A DNA stretch of 57,890 bases from Acidobacteriota bacterium. Lineage in GTDB: Bacteria > Acidobacteriota > Thermoanaerobaculia > UBA5066 > Gp7-AA6. A model generated the notes under the pieces. It worked only from the letters and a program-made list of their open reading frames with translations. It did not search any database and was not told where the DNA came from. The DNA lies in the NCBI GenBank assembly GCA_046735265.1, contig JBKPSZ010000194.1:1-57890 (forward strand), read 5' to 3'. Numbering within the stretch: the first letter of the stretch is position 1; every line of letters begins with the position of its first letter. This document shows positions 46,849 to 54,282 of this stretch, piece by piece. Made by a program: the position numbers and the translations under genes.

Positions 46849-48276
46849 ATGAAGTCGCTCACCGTGGCCCTCCTCTCCGGAGCCGCCGCGCTGCTCGCCC
46901 CGGGCGGCGGGCTCGCGTCGCCGGCGCCGCCGGAGACGGCCGCCGGTTCCTTTTCCGTTCCGGTCGAGTATCGCAAGCTTGGGAACGGGCTCAAGGTCGT
47001 GCTCTCGAAGGACGATTCCTCTCCCAAAGCGGTCGTCGCCGTCTACTACAACATCGGTTTCCGCATCGAGCCGAAGGATCGCACCGGATTCGCGCACCTC
47101 TTCGAGCACATGATGTTCCAGGGCTCGCAGAATCTCGGCAAGATGGAGTTCATCCGCCTGGTGCAGTCGAACGGCGGGGTCCTGAACGGCTCGACGCGAT
47201 TCGATTTCACCAACTACTTCGAGATCGTCCCTTCCAACGCGCTCGAGACCGCGCTCTGGGCCGAGGCCGACCGAATGAAGGGCCTCCAGATCAACGAGGA
47301 GAACCTGAAGAACCAGCAGGAAGTCGTCAAGAACGAGGTGAAGGTCAACGTCCTGAACCGGGCGTACGGCGGATTCCCCTGGCTCGACCTTCCGCAGTAC
47401 GCCAACACGAACTGGTTCAATTCGCACAACTTCTACGGCGATTTGAAGGATCTCGACGCGGCGACGCTCGACGACGTCAAGAAGTTCTTCTCGACGTTTT
47501 ACGCGCCGAACAACGCCGCGCTCGTCGTCGTCGGCGACTTCGATTCGAAGCAGGTCGGCGCCTGGATCGACAAGTACTTCGCCGGCATCCCCGCGGCGAA
47601 GCTCGCGCCGAAGCCGGACATCTCCGAGCCGCGGCAAGAGAAGGAGAAACGCGCGTCGAAGCCGGACGCGCTCGCCACCCGTCCCGCGCTCGCCGTCGGA
47701 TACCACGCGCCCAAGCGCAACACGCCCGAGTATTACGCGATGGGCCTGCTCGACCAGGTGCTCGTGCAGGGCAAGGACAGCCGCCTGTACCAGGCGCTCG
47801 TGCAGAAGTCGGGGCTGACCGGGGACGTCGAGGGCGGGATCAACTCCGGCCTCGGCCACATGTTCAACATCGACGGGCCGACGCTCTGGGACGTCTCGCT
47901 CTACTACGACAAGGACAAGTCGTCCGATCAGATCCTGAAGGTTCTGGACGAGGAGATCGCGAAGGTGCAGACGACGCCGGTGCCCAAGGAGGAGCTCGAC
48001 CGGGCGATGGTCAAGATCCGGTCGAACATCTACGACGGGATCGAGGGTTTCTTCGGATTCGGCCGCGCCGACCTGCTCGCCTCCTTCGCGCTCTTCGACG
48101 ACGATCCGCAGGCGATCAACCGGATGGAGGAGAACTTCCGCAAGGTCCCGCCCGAGCTGATGCAGAAGACGGCCAGGGAGTACCTGCGGCCCGAGAACCG
48201 GACGATCCTGCTGATCGAGCCGAAAGCCGAAGAGAAGAAGACGGACGCGAAGCCCGCAGAGAAGAGCGGCTCGTAG
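46849..48276 (+). CDS. M16-family zinc peptidase (insulinase/pitrilysin-like), catalytic subunit
   Basis: 475 aa with a signal peptide. Inverted zinc motif GFAHLFEHMMFQGS (HxxEH). Confidence 0.9.
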   Translation: MKSLTVALLSGAAALLAPGGGLASPAPPETAAGSFSVPVEYRKLGNGLKVVLSKDDSSPKAVVAVYYNIGFRIEPKDRTGFAHLFEHMMFQGSQNLGKMEFIRLVQSNGGVLNGSTRFDFTNYFEIVPSNALETALWAEADRMKGLQINEENLKNQQEVVKNEVKVNVLNRAYGGFPWLDLPQYANTNWFNSHNFYGDLKDLDAATLDDVKKFFSTFYAPNNAALVVVGDFDSKQVGAWIDKYFAGIPAAKLAPKPDISEPRQEKEKRASKPDALATRPALAVGYHAPKRNTPEYYAMGLLDQVLVQGKDSRLYQALVQKSGLTGDVEGGINSGLGHMFNIDGPTLWDVSLYYDKDKSSDQILKVLDEEIAKVQTTPVPKEELDRAMVKIRSNIYDGIEGFFGFGRADLLASFALFDDDPQAINRMEENFRKVPPELMQKTAREYLRPENRTILLIEPKAEEKKTDAKPAEKSGS

Positions 48277-48298
48277 GCGCCGCCACCGGAGAAACGAC

Positions 48299-49675
48299 AT
48301 GAAGAAGATCCTCTCGATCGTTGCGCTCGCCGCCTTTCCGGCGGCGGCGCTCCTCGCCCAGAAACAGGCGCCTCCCGAGCCCCTCCCCGCGAAGGGATTT
48401 CAGGTGCCGGCGCCGAAGAAGCTGACGCTTCCCAACGGACTCGGCGTGACGCTCGTGCCCTACGGGACGGTCCCGAAGGTCACCGTGCGTCTGTCCGTCC
48501 GCAGCGGCCACATCGACGAGACGGCGGACCAGGTCTGGCTCTCGGACCTGATGGGCGACTACCTGACGCAGGGCACGGCCACGCGGACCGCCACGCAGAT
48601 CGCCGAGGCCGCCGCCCGCATGGGCGGCTCGCTCGACGTCTCGGTCGGCGCCGACCGCACGGAGATCGGCGGCGATGTCCTCTCCGAGTTCGCGCCCGAG
48701 ATGGTCCAGCTGATCGCGGACGTCGTGCGCAACCCGAAGTTCCCCGAGTCCGAGCTCACGCGCCTGAAAGCGGACCGTGGCCGCCAGCTCGCGATCGCGC
48801 GCACCCAGCCGCGCCCCATCGCGACGGAGAAGTTCGTCGCGGTCCTCTACCCGAACCATCCCTACGGCCGGCTTTTCCCGACGCCCGAGAAGCTCCAGAG
48901 CTACACGCTCGATCAGGTCCGCGCCTTCCACGCGGCGAACTTCGGGGCGGCGCGCTCGCACCTCTACGTCGTCGGGCGTTTCGACGAGAAGGCCCTCGAG
49001 GCCGCGATCCGCTCCGCGTTCGGCGACTGGAAGAAGGGGAGCGACCCGGTCTCGAACGTCCCGAAGCCGGTGAGCGAACGGGCGGTGTACATCATCGACC
49101 GGCCGAAGGCGGTGCAATCCACCGTCATCCTGGGGATGCCGGTTCCTCTCCCGTCGAGCCCGGACTGGATCCCGCTCCAGGTGACCAACACGCTCCTCGG
49201 CGGCTTCTTCTCGTCCCGCATCACGGCCAACATCCGCGAGGCGAAGGGCTATACGTATTCGCCGGCCTCGACGGTCTCGACGCGCAACCACGACGCCTAC
49301 TGGGCCGAGATCGCCGACGTGACGACGGCGGTCACCGGGCCGTCCTTGAAGGAAATCTTCTTCGAGATCGACCGACTGCAGAAGGAGGCCCCGCCGGACA
49401 AGGAGCTCCAGGGCATCAAGAACTACATGGCGGGAACGTTCGTCCTCCAGAACTCGTCGCGCCCGGGGATCCTGGGACAGCTCGCGTTCGTCGATCTGCA
49501 GGGGCTGCCGGACGACTATCTGAACCGCTTCGTCGAGCGCGTGAACGCCGTGACCCCGGCGGACGTTCAGCAGCAGGCGCAGAAGGCGCTGACCGACGAC
49601 AAGGCGACGATCGTGATCGCCGGCGACCGGTCCGTCATCGAGGAGCAGGTCAAGCCGTACGGTCCGATCAAGTAG
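48299..49675 (+). CDS. M16-family peptidase-like protein lacking HxxEH (non-catalytic partner)
   Basis: 458 aa with a signal peptide and M16 N- and C-domain architecture, but no HxxEH. It lies 22 nt after the catalytic subunit gene. Confidence 0.8.
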   Translation: MKKILSIVALAAFPAAALLAQKQAPPEPLPAKGFQVPAPKKLTLPNGLGVTLVPYGTVPKVTVRLSVRSGHIDETADQVWLSDLMGDYLTQGTATRTATQIAEAAARMGGSLDVSVGADRTEIGGDVLSEFAPEMVQLIADVVRNPKFPESELTRLKADRGRQLAIARTQPRPIATEKFVAVLYPNHPYGRLFPTPEKLQSYTLDQVRAFHAANFGAARSHLYVVGRFDEKALEAAIRSAFGDWKKGSDPVSNVPKPVSERAVYIIDRPKAVQSTVILGMPVPLPSSPDWIPLQVTNTLLGGFFSSRITANIREAKGYTYSPASTVSTRNHDAYWAEIADVTTAVTGPSLKEIFFEIDRLQKEAPPDKELQGIKNYMAGTFVLQNSSRPGILGQLAFVDLQGLPDDYLNRFVERVNAVTPADVQQQAQKALTDDKATIVIAGDRSVIEEQVKPYGPIK

Positions 49676-49704
49676 CCATCGGATCGGAGACCGCCGGTCC
49701 ATTC

Positions 49705-49738
49705 GGGGGCGCGGGAAACCGCGCCCCCTCTGCTTTTT
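49705..49738 (+). terminator. rho-independent terminator of the M16 operon
   Basis: GGGGGCGCGG-GAAA-CCGCGCCCCC, a 10-bp perfect stem with a GNRA loop, followed by TCTGCTTTTT. Confidence 0.8.
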
Positions 49739-49782
49739 CGGGTCGGACCTCACCTGCCCGACCGCCCGTCGATGCTGTCTCC

Positions 49783-50352
49783 ATGCGGCCCCACCCCGAC
49801 TTCCCGCGGATCTCGGCGGCCTTGTCGCGGGTCCCGCTCCGCGGCTGGCAAGGGGTGGCTTTCCGTTCCTCGACGCCGGCCTACTCCGCGTCGCGGGACC
49901 TCCTCTCCGGAGAGGGCGTTCGGCGCCACGGCGGGCGGTGGAATCCGCCCGGAATCTTTGCGGCGGTCTACGCGAGCCTGACGCCCGAGACCGCTCTCGC
50001 CGAAGCGCTCGGGCGCTTGCGCGAATACGGGATCGCGGTCGCCGACGCCATGCCGCGGGTGCTGACGGCGCTGGAGATCGAGGTCGAGGCGCTCGCGGAC
50101 CTGACGTGCCCGCGGGCGCGGCAGGCGCTCAAGGTCTCGAAGCGCCGGATGCGGTCGGAGCCGTGGCGCCGCGCCACCGAGGAAGGGCGGGAGGCCGTCA
50201 CGCAGGCGATCGGGCGAGCCGCGTTCGAGCGAGGCCTCGAAGGCCTCCTCGTCTTTTCGGCGCCCGACCCCGCCGGAAGAAACCTCGTGCTCTTTCCCGA
50301 GAGGCTGCGTCCCGGCAGCCGGCTGCGCGTGCGAACTCCGATGGCGCACTGA
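49783..50352 (+). CDS. RES-domain protein (RES-Xre type II toxin, NAD+-targeting family)
   Basis: 189 aa. WQGVAFRSSTPAYS, GVRRHGGRWNPPG, LTPETALAEAL and LLVFSAPDPAGRNLVLF follow the R...E...S layout of RES-domain proteins. Confidence 0.75.
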   Translation: MRPHPDFPRISAALSRVPLRGWQGVAFRSSTPAYSASRDLLSGEGVRRHGGRWNPPGIFAAVYASLTPETALAEALGRLREYGIAVADAMPRVLTALEIEVEALADLTCPRARQALKVSKRRMRSEPWRRATEEGREAVTQAIGRAAFERGLEGLLVFSAPDPAGRNLVLFPERLRPGSRLRVRTPMAH

Positions 50353-50360
50353 AGCGATAT

Positions 50361-50411
50361 GCACTTATTCATGAAATAGTGCTTGACAGCCGGGTCGCTC
50401 CGGCATAGCCT
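50361..50411 (+). promoter_or_regulatory. sigma-70-like promoter plus 22-bp near-palindrome upstream of the Xre/DUF2384 gene (predicted leaderless)
   Basis: GCACTTATTCATGAAATAGTGC (50361-50382; 9 of 11 positions pair) abuts TTGACA (50383-50388). A 17-nt spacer follows, then TAGCCT (50406-50411). ATG 50418 is 6 nt past the -10 and has no SD. Confidence 0.55.
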
Positions 50412-50417
50412 CGAATC

Positions 50418-50744
50418 ATGAGTCGGAGCCTGGTCGAGCAGGTCCGTGAGGACCTGGGCGTCTCGCGGCGCCTTTTCGCGCGACTGACCGGCTACTCGGA
50501 GCGGGCGATCGCCGCCTGGGAGGCGGGACGGGAGCTCTCCGAAGCGAGCCGCCAGCGGATCCTCGAGACGCGCCGCCTCGAAAAGGCGCTCACGCGGGTC
50601 ATGAAGCCCGCGGCGATCGCCGCGTGGCTCGAGGAGCCCAATCGCGCGTTCCGCGGATTGAAGCCCCTCGAAGTCATCGAGCGCGGCGAGGTGGACCGCA
50701 TCTGGCGGATGATCTTCGAGCTCGAGTCGGGGACGCCCGGTTAG
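50418..50744 (+). CDS. Xre-type HTH / DUF2384 antitoxin (MbcA/ParS-like)
   Basis: 108 aa. HTH LFARLTGYSERAIAAWEAG; C-terminal WLEEPNRAFRGLKPLEVIERGEVDRIWRMI is typical of the toxin-binding domain of RES-Xre antitoxins. Confidence 0.75.
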   Translation: MSRSLVEQVREDLGVSRRLFARLTGYSERAIAAWEAGRELSEASRQRILETRRLEKALTRVMKPAAIAAWLEEPNRAFRGLKPLEVIERGEVDRIWRMIFELESGTPG

Positions 50745-51291
50745 CGTCCACACCTCGGCGAAGCCACGGCGGGTTCTTCCGCGCCACCAACGGATAGACG
50801 GGACACTTCCGGTGGTGCGCCCCCGGCAGATAACCGGTCGATACCAGGAACTCGCGCACGATCTCGCCTCCGGTGAATCGGAAGTTCTCCCGGAAGAGCC
50901 GCGCCCACTCTTCGAGCGGGAGCGGGTGGTGCGCGTCGAGCCAGCGGGCGAAAGAGCCGTGCGATTTCTTGAGCTCCATCACCTTTCTCGCATTGGCGAT
51001 GACGGCGTCCACTTTCAGCCGGTTGCGCACGATACCGGCGTCGGAGAGGAGCCGGCGCCGATCGCGCGCTCCGTAGGAAGCGACGGTTTCCGGCGCGAAG
51101 CCGTCGAAGGCGCGACGGAACGCCTCCTTCTTCTTCAGGATCGTCAGCCAGGAAAGCCCGGCCTGGTTGATCTCCAGTGCGAAGCGCTCGAGCAGACGAT
51201 CGTCGCGCCGGATCGGAAAACCGTATTCGCGCTCGTGGTAGGGGCCGTGAAACGGGTGCCCGGGAGCGATCTCGCAGTACGTCGTCGCCAT
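50674..51291 (-). CDS. tag: DNA-3-methyladenine glycosylase I
   Basis: YHEREYGFP, LERFALEINQAGLSWLTILKKKEAFRRAF, AGIVRNRLKVDAVIANAR, and the Zn-snap Cys/His at both termini. The last ~24 codons (low complexity) overlap the convergent antitoxin gene. Confidence 0.85.
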   Translation of the reverse strand: MATTYCEIAPGHPFHGPYHEREYGFPIRRDDRLLERFALEINQAGLSWLTILKKKEAFRRAFDGFAPETVASYGARDRRRLLSDAGIVRNRLKVDAVIANARKVMELKKSHGSFARWLDAHHPLPLEEWARLFRENFRFTGGEIVREFLVSTGYLPGAHHRKCPVYPLVARKNPPWLRRGVDANRASPTRARRSSARCGPPRRAR

Positions 51292-51340
51292 TTCCGGCGA
51301 CGAGTCTCGCGGCGCCGGGGCGCCGCGTCAACTCCGCGGC

Positions 51341-51562
51341 TCAGAAGCGGTTTTCGGTGTCGTCGCCCGGAAGGCTCTCCTCGTCGTCGCCGAGCGGATC
51401 CTCCTCGAGATCCACGGCGACCCGCAGCGTAACTTCCCCGCGGGCGGCCAGGACCATGAGCCACTTGGGGATCTCGACGGTGGGGGTCTCGTCGCAGGCC
51501 GAGGCGATGAATCTCGCGTTTTCGACGTCGGGAAGAGCCGATGAGACGTAGCGAGTTGCCAT
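51341..51562 (-). CDS. hypothetical small acidic protein
   Basis: ATG 51562 (AGAGGG upstream) within ORF 51341..51649, 73 aa: MATRYVSSALPDVENARFIASACDETPTVEIPKWLMVLAARGEVTLRVAVDLEEDPLGDDEE... I recognise no family. Confidence 0.4.
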   Translation of the reverse strand: MATRYVSSALPDVENARFIASACDETPTVEIPKWLMVLAARGEVTLRVAVDLEEDPLGDDEESLPGDDTENRF

Positions 51563-51820
51563 GTCGCCCTCTTTTGCCATCGATGCGTTGCAAGCGACGT
51601 TCCGCTCGAGCGCCACATAGGTGGCGCGGCGTAAGTGCTGTAACGGCAACAGCCTCGGGAGAGGCCGACTGCCCGTTCGTCCCCGACGCGAGGCCCGGCT
51701 GACGAGATTCGTCAGCGCCCGAAGCCCCCTTAAGACAGTCTTTTATCGGAGGCCGGCGCGAAGTCCTCGAGCGTCCACGGCGGACCGCCTCGGGGGGGCG
51801 CGACGGATTCCTGGACTCGA

Positions 51821-52105
51821 CTACTTCTTCTTGGACTCGGACTTGGACGCTTTGACCTCGACGGCGGTCGCGTGCATCCGGTACTCGATCGTGACCTTGT
51901 CGCCCACCTTGAGCCCCGCGGGGACCTTTGTCGAGCCGTCGCGGGCGATCTCCCAGCGATCCTTCCCCTTCTGGACCACGATCATGTCGCTGTCGATCTC
52001 GAGCACCGGTCCCGTCACCTGGTAGGTCTTGGCGGTCGCGCCGAGAGCGAGCGCCGACAACAGCAATCCGCCCACGAGCGTCGCGACGATCGGAAGCCTC
52101 TTCAT
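51821..52105 (-). CDS. hypothetical small secreted protein
   Basis: 94 aa. Signal peptide MKRLPIVATLVGGLLLSALALGA, RBS GAGGAGGA, Lys-rich tail. Confidence 0.6.
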   Translation of the reverse strand: MKRLPIVATLVGGLLLSALALGATAKTYQVTGPVLEIDSDMIVVQKGKDRWEIARDGSTKVPAGLKVGDKVTIEYRMHATAVEVKASKSESKKK

Positions 52106-52174
52106 CTGGGATCCTCCTCTTTCGCGCGATTCTATCGGCGGCGCCGGACCCCGGTGGTAGAGTCCGCGGAGCTC

Positions 52175-52230
52175 GTGGCGGTGGAGTCCGCCGTAACCGC
52201 CGTCTCCGGACGGCCAATGACTCCTACGAC
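52175..52230 (+). promoter_or_regulatory. fluoride riboswitch (crcB motif) aptamer
   Basis: UGGCGGUGGAGUCCGCCGUAACCGCCGUCUCCGGACGGCCAAUGACUCCUAC. P1 is GGCG/CGCC, the pseudoknot is GGAGUC/GACUCC, P3 is CCGUC/GACGG, and conserved AAUGA...CUAC follows. The order matches the T. petrophila aptamer as I recall it. It sits directly upstream of crcB. A downstream hairpin, CCTCCCG-N6-CGGGAGG (52253-52272), occludes the SD. Confidence 0.85.
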
Positions 52231-52278
52231 GAAGACAGGCGTCGTGGGGTCACCTCCCGCGACGCCGGGAGGACGCGG

Positions 52279-52662
52279 ATGAGCCGATTCTTCTGGATCT
52301 GTCTGGGAGGCGCCGCCGGGACCGCCGCCCGCTACGCGGTCTCGAGCTGGGCTCTCGATCTGCTCGGGACCGGTTTTCCCTGGGGAACTCTCGCGGTCAA
52401 CGCCGTCGGTTCTTTCCTGATCGGCGGCATCATGCACGTCGGGCTGGAGACGCAGCTCCTCACCCCGACGGCGCGTGTCGCGCTGACGACCGGAGTGATG
52501 GGCGGTTTCACGACGTACTCCGCTTTCAACTACGAGACCCTGCGGCTCTTCGCCGAGGGCGCGCGCGTCCTCGCCCTCGTCAACGTTTTCGCAATGATCT
52601 TCATCTGCCTCGCCGCCGGCGTCGCGGGCCTCGCCCTCGCGCGCCTCGCGGTGGGCCACTAA
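52279..52662 (+). CDS. crcB: fluoride channel CrcB/FluC
   Basis: ATG 52279 within ORF 51928..52662. 127 aa with 4 TMS. GGAAGTAARY, FPWGTLAVNAVGSFLIG, GVMGGFTTYSAF. Confidence 0.9.
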   Translation: MSRFFWICLGGAAGTAARYAVSSWALDLLGTGFPWGTLAVNAVGSFLIGGIMHVGLETQLLTPTARVALTTGVMGGFTTYSAFNYETLRLFAEGARVLALVNVFAMIFICLAAGVAGLALARLAVGH

Positions 52663-52674
52663 CCGGGAGCCGCC

Positions 52675-53028
52675 ATGCGCATCCTCGACGGAGAACAAGT
52701 GCTCGTTCGCATCTTCATCGGAGAATCGGACCAGTGGCACGGCCGCCCTCTCGCGATGGCGCTTCTCGACCGCCTTCGCCGCGAAGGATTCGCGGGCGGC
52801 ACCGTCTTTCACGCGGTCGCCGGCTTCGGCGCCCGGAGCGTGCTCCACACCGCGCACTTGATGCGTCTTTCCGAGGACCTCCCCGTCGTCCTCGAGGTCG
52901 TGGACACGGAGGAGCAGATCGACAGGCTCCTTCCGATCTTAGACGAGATGGTCGCGGAAGGGCTCGTCACGCTCGAAAAGACGCGCGTCCTGAAGTACTC
53001 CCCCGGAAAGCGGCCGATCGGCCGTTGA
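52675..53028 (+). CDS. DUF190 (PII-like, CrcB-associated) protein
   Basis: 117 aa. LVRIFIGESDQWHGRPL...GGTVFHAVAGFGARS...RLSEDLPVVLEVVDTEEQIDRLLPILDEMV..GLVTLEK. Confidence 0.85.
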   Translation: MRILDGEQVLVRIFIGESDQWHGRPLAMALLDRLRREGFAGGTVFHAVAGFGARSVLHTAHLMRLSEDLPVVLEVVDTEEQIDRLLPILDEMVAEGLVTLEKTRVLKYSPGKRPIGR

Positions 53029-53040
53029 CGGCGCGCGAGA

Positions 53041-53334
53041 CTAGCCCGGAACTCCTTCCACGAGCACCATGTCGGTGGTGGCGCTCGCCTCCCGGATCTC
53101 GCGCGCCGGACGGTACTCCTCCGAGCTCCACCACTCCCGGGCGCGCTCGACGGTCGGGAACTCGAGGAGGACGAAACGCTTCGGTCTCCAGCTTCCCTCG
53201 AGCGTCTCGCACGCGCCGCCCCGCACGAGGAAGCGCCCGCCGAAGCGGGCGAGCGCGCGCGTCGAGAGCTCCTTGTAACGCTCGTAGACGGCCGGATCCT
53301 TCACCTCGATGTTCAAGACGACGTACCCGGGCAT
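53041..53334 (-). CDS. DUF1330 domain protein
   Basis: ATG 53334 (GGAGGA RBS) within ORF 53041..53388. MPGYVVLNIEVKDPAVYERYKELSTRALARFGGRFLVRGG...LLEFPTVERAREWWSSEEY. Confidence 0.8.
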   Translation of the reverse strand: MPGYVVLNIEVKDPAVYERYKELSTRALARFGGRFLVRGGACETLEGSWRPKRFVLLEFPTVERAREWWSSEEYRPAREIREASATTDMVLVEGVPG

Positions 53335-53395
53335 CGTTCCTCCGTTTCGAGCCGCCCGGCCGACGCCGCGCGGCGCCCGATCAGACATCAGACCA

Positions 53396-54232
53396 TCAGA
53401 CCATCACGCCGCGGACGGCGAGGAATCGCGCGCCGAGATCCGCGTCGCCTTCCCGGACAACTCTCGCCGCCGCCTGCTCCGGAGAAAGCGCGTTGAAGAA
53501 GAGACGCCAGGCGTCGTCGGCCGTCAGCCACACGGCGAGCGCCGGCGCGTCGCAACCGCCGCGGTAGAGGGCCCACCGTCCCGCCTCCCGCCGGACCGAC
53601 CAGACTCCGCCGGCCTCCCCGTCGATCCGGACCAAAACCGCCGCGCCCTCCGCGGCTTTCGCGTCGCGCAAAGCCACGGAGATCGCATAGAGCGAGAGCT
53701 CCAGGACGGGGTGGAGAAAGCGCCGGCTCGTGAGCGGCGGCGCCGCGACGGCGTCGCGGATCTGAGCCTGGTGATGCCACCACTCGGTGTACTCGCGGCC
53801 GACGTCGAACCAGTTCTCGGAAGCGTCCTCGCCGGCCCAGGCGACCGGAAAGAGAGCCGGACCGTGCAGCGGAAGGGAGGCGAGGAGCTTCGAGAGCTCG
53901 GGGCCCGAGACCTCGAGGAGCTCGACCAGAACCGCGGGCGAGAAGCGGCGCGCGACGCGCACCCAGTCCGCGTTCAGCCGATTGAGGTACTCCACGAGAT
54001 CCCGGTAACCCTCGATCGGCGTGCCGGCGGGGAGTCGGTGCCCGTCGCGCTGCATGGAGAGCCGGCGGAGGCTCGAATCGAGAAGGTGCGCGGCCACGTC
54101 GCGGACGAGCCAGGCGCCCGCGACCGTCGGCCGGTCCCAGTCCGCTGGAGAGAGGCCGCGCAGGAGCGCCACCAGTTCCGTGTGGAGCGGAGCGAAGAGC
54201 GGCCCGGTGTCGATGGGTCCGGCGCGTTCCAC
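53396..54232 (-). CDS. maleylpyruvate isomerase-family / DinB-like metal-binding protein
   Basis: 278 aa. LHTELVALLRGLSPADWDRPTVAGAWLVRDVAAHLLD...EYTEWWHHQAQI is the pattern of the mycothiol-dependent maleylpyruvate isomerase N-terminal domain family. Confidence 0.7.
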   Translation of the reverse strand: MERAGPIDTGPLFAPLHTELVALLRGLSPADWDRPTVAGAWLVRDVAAHLLDSSLRRLSMQRDGHRLPAGTPIEGYRDLVEYLNRLNADWVRVARRFSPAVLVELLEVSGPELSKLLASLPLHGPALFPVAWAGEDASENWFDVGREYTEWWHHQAQIRDAVAAPPLTSRRFLHPVLELSLYAISVALRDAKAAEGAAVLVRIDGEAGGVWSVRREAGRWALYRGGCDAPALAVWLTADDAWRLFFNALSPEQAAARVVREGDADLGARFLAVRGVMV

Positions 54233-54282
54233 GCCGCGACTTTAACCCGTCGATTCCGGATCGCGGACTACGGGACTACGAA

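Noticed and set aside
51563-51820. 258-nt GC-rich untranslated gap with hairpins (CTGACGA-N3-TCGTCAG near 51690; CGCCAC-ATAG-GTGGCG at 51611-51626), considered as a riboswitch or small RNA
   Set aside because: I could not match it to any riboswitch or RNA family I know (TPP, cobalamin, SAM, glycine, ZTP, c-di-GMP, guanidine and Mn motifs checked by eye). It is most simply the terminator or leader region between two small minus-strand genes. cmsearch against Rfam would settle it.
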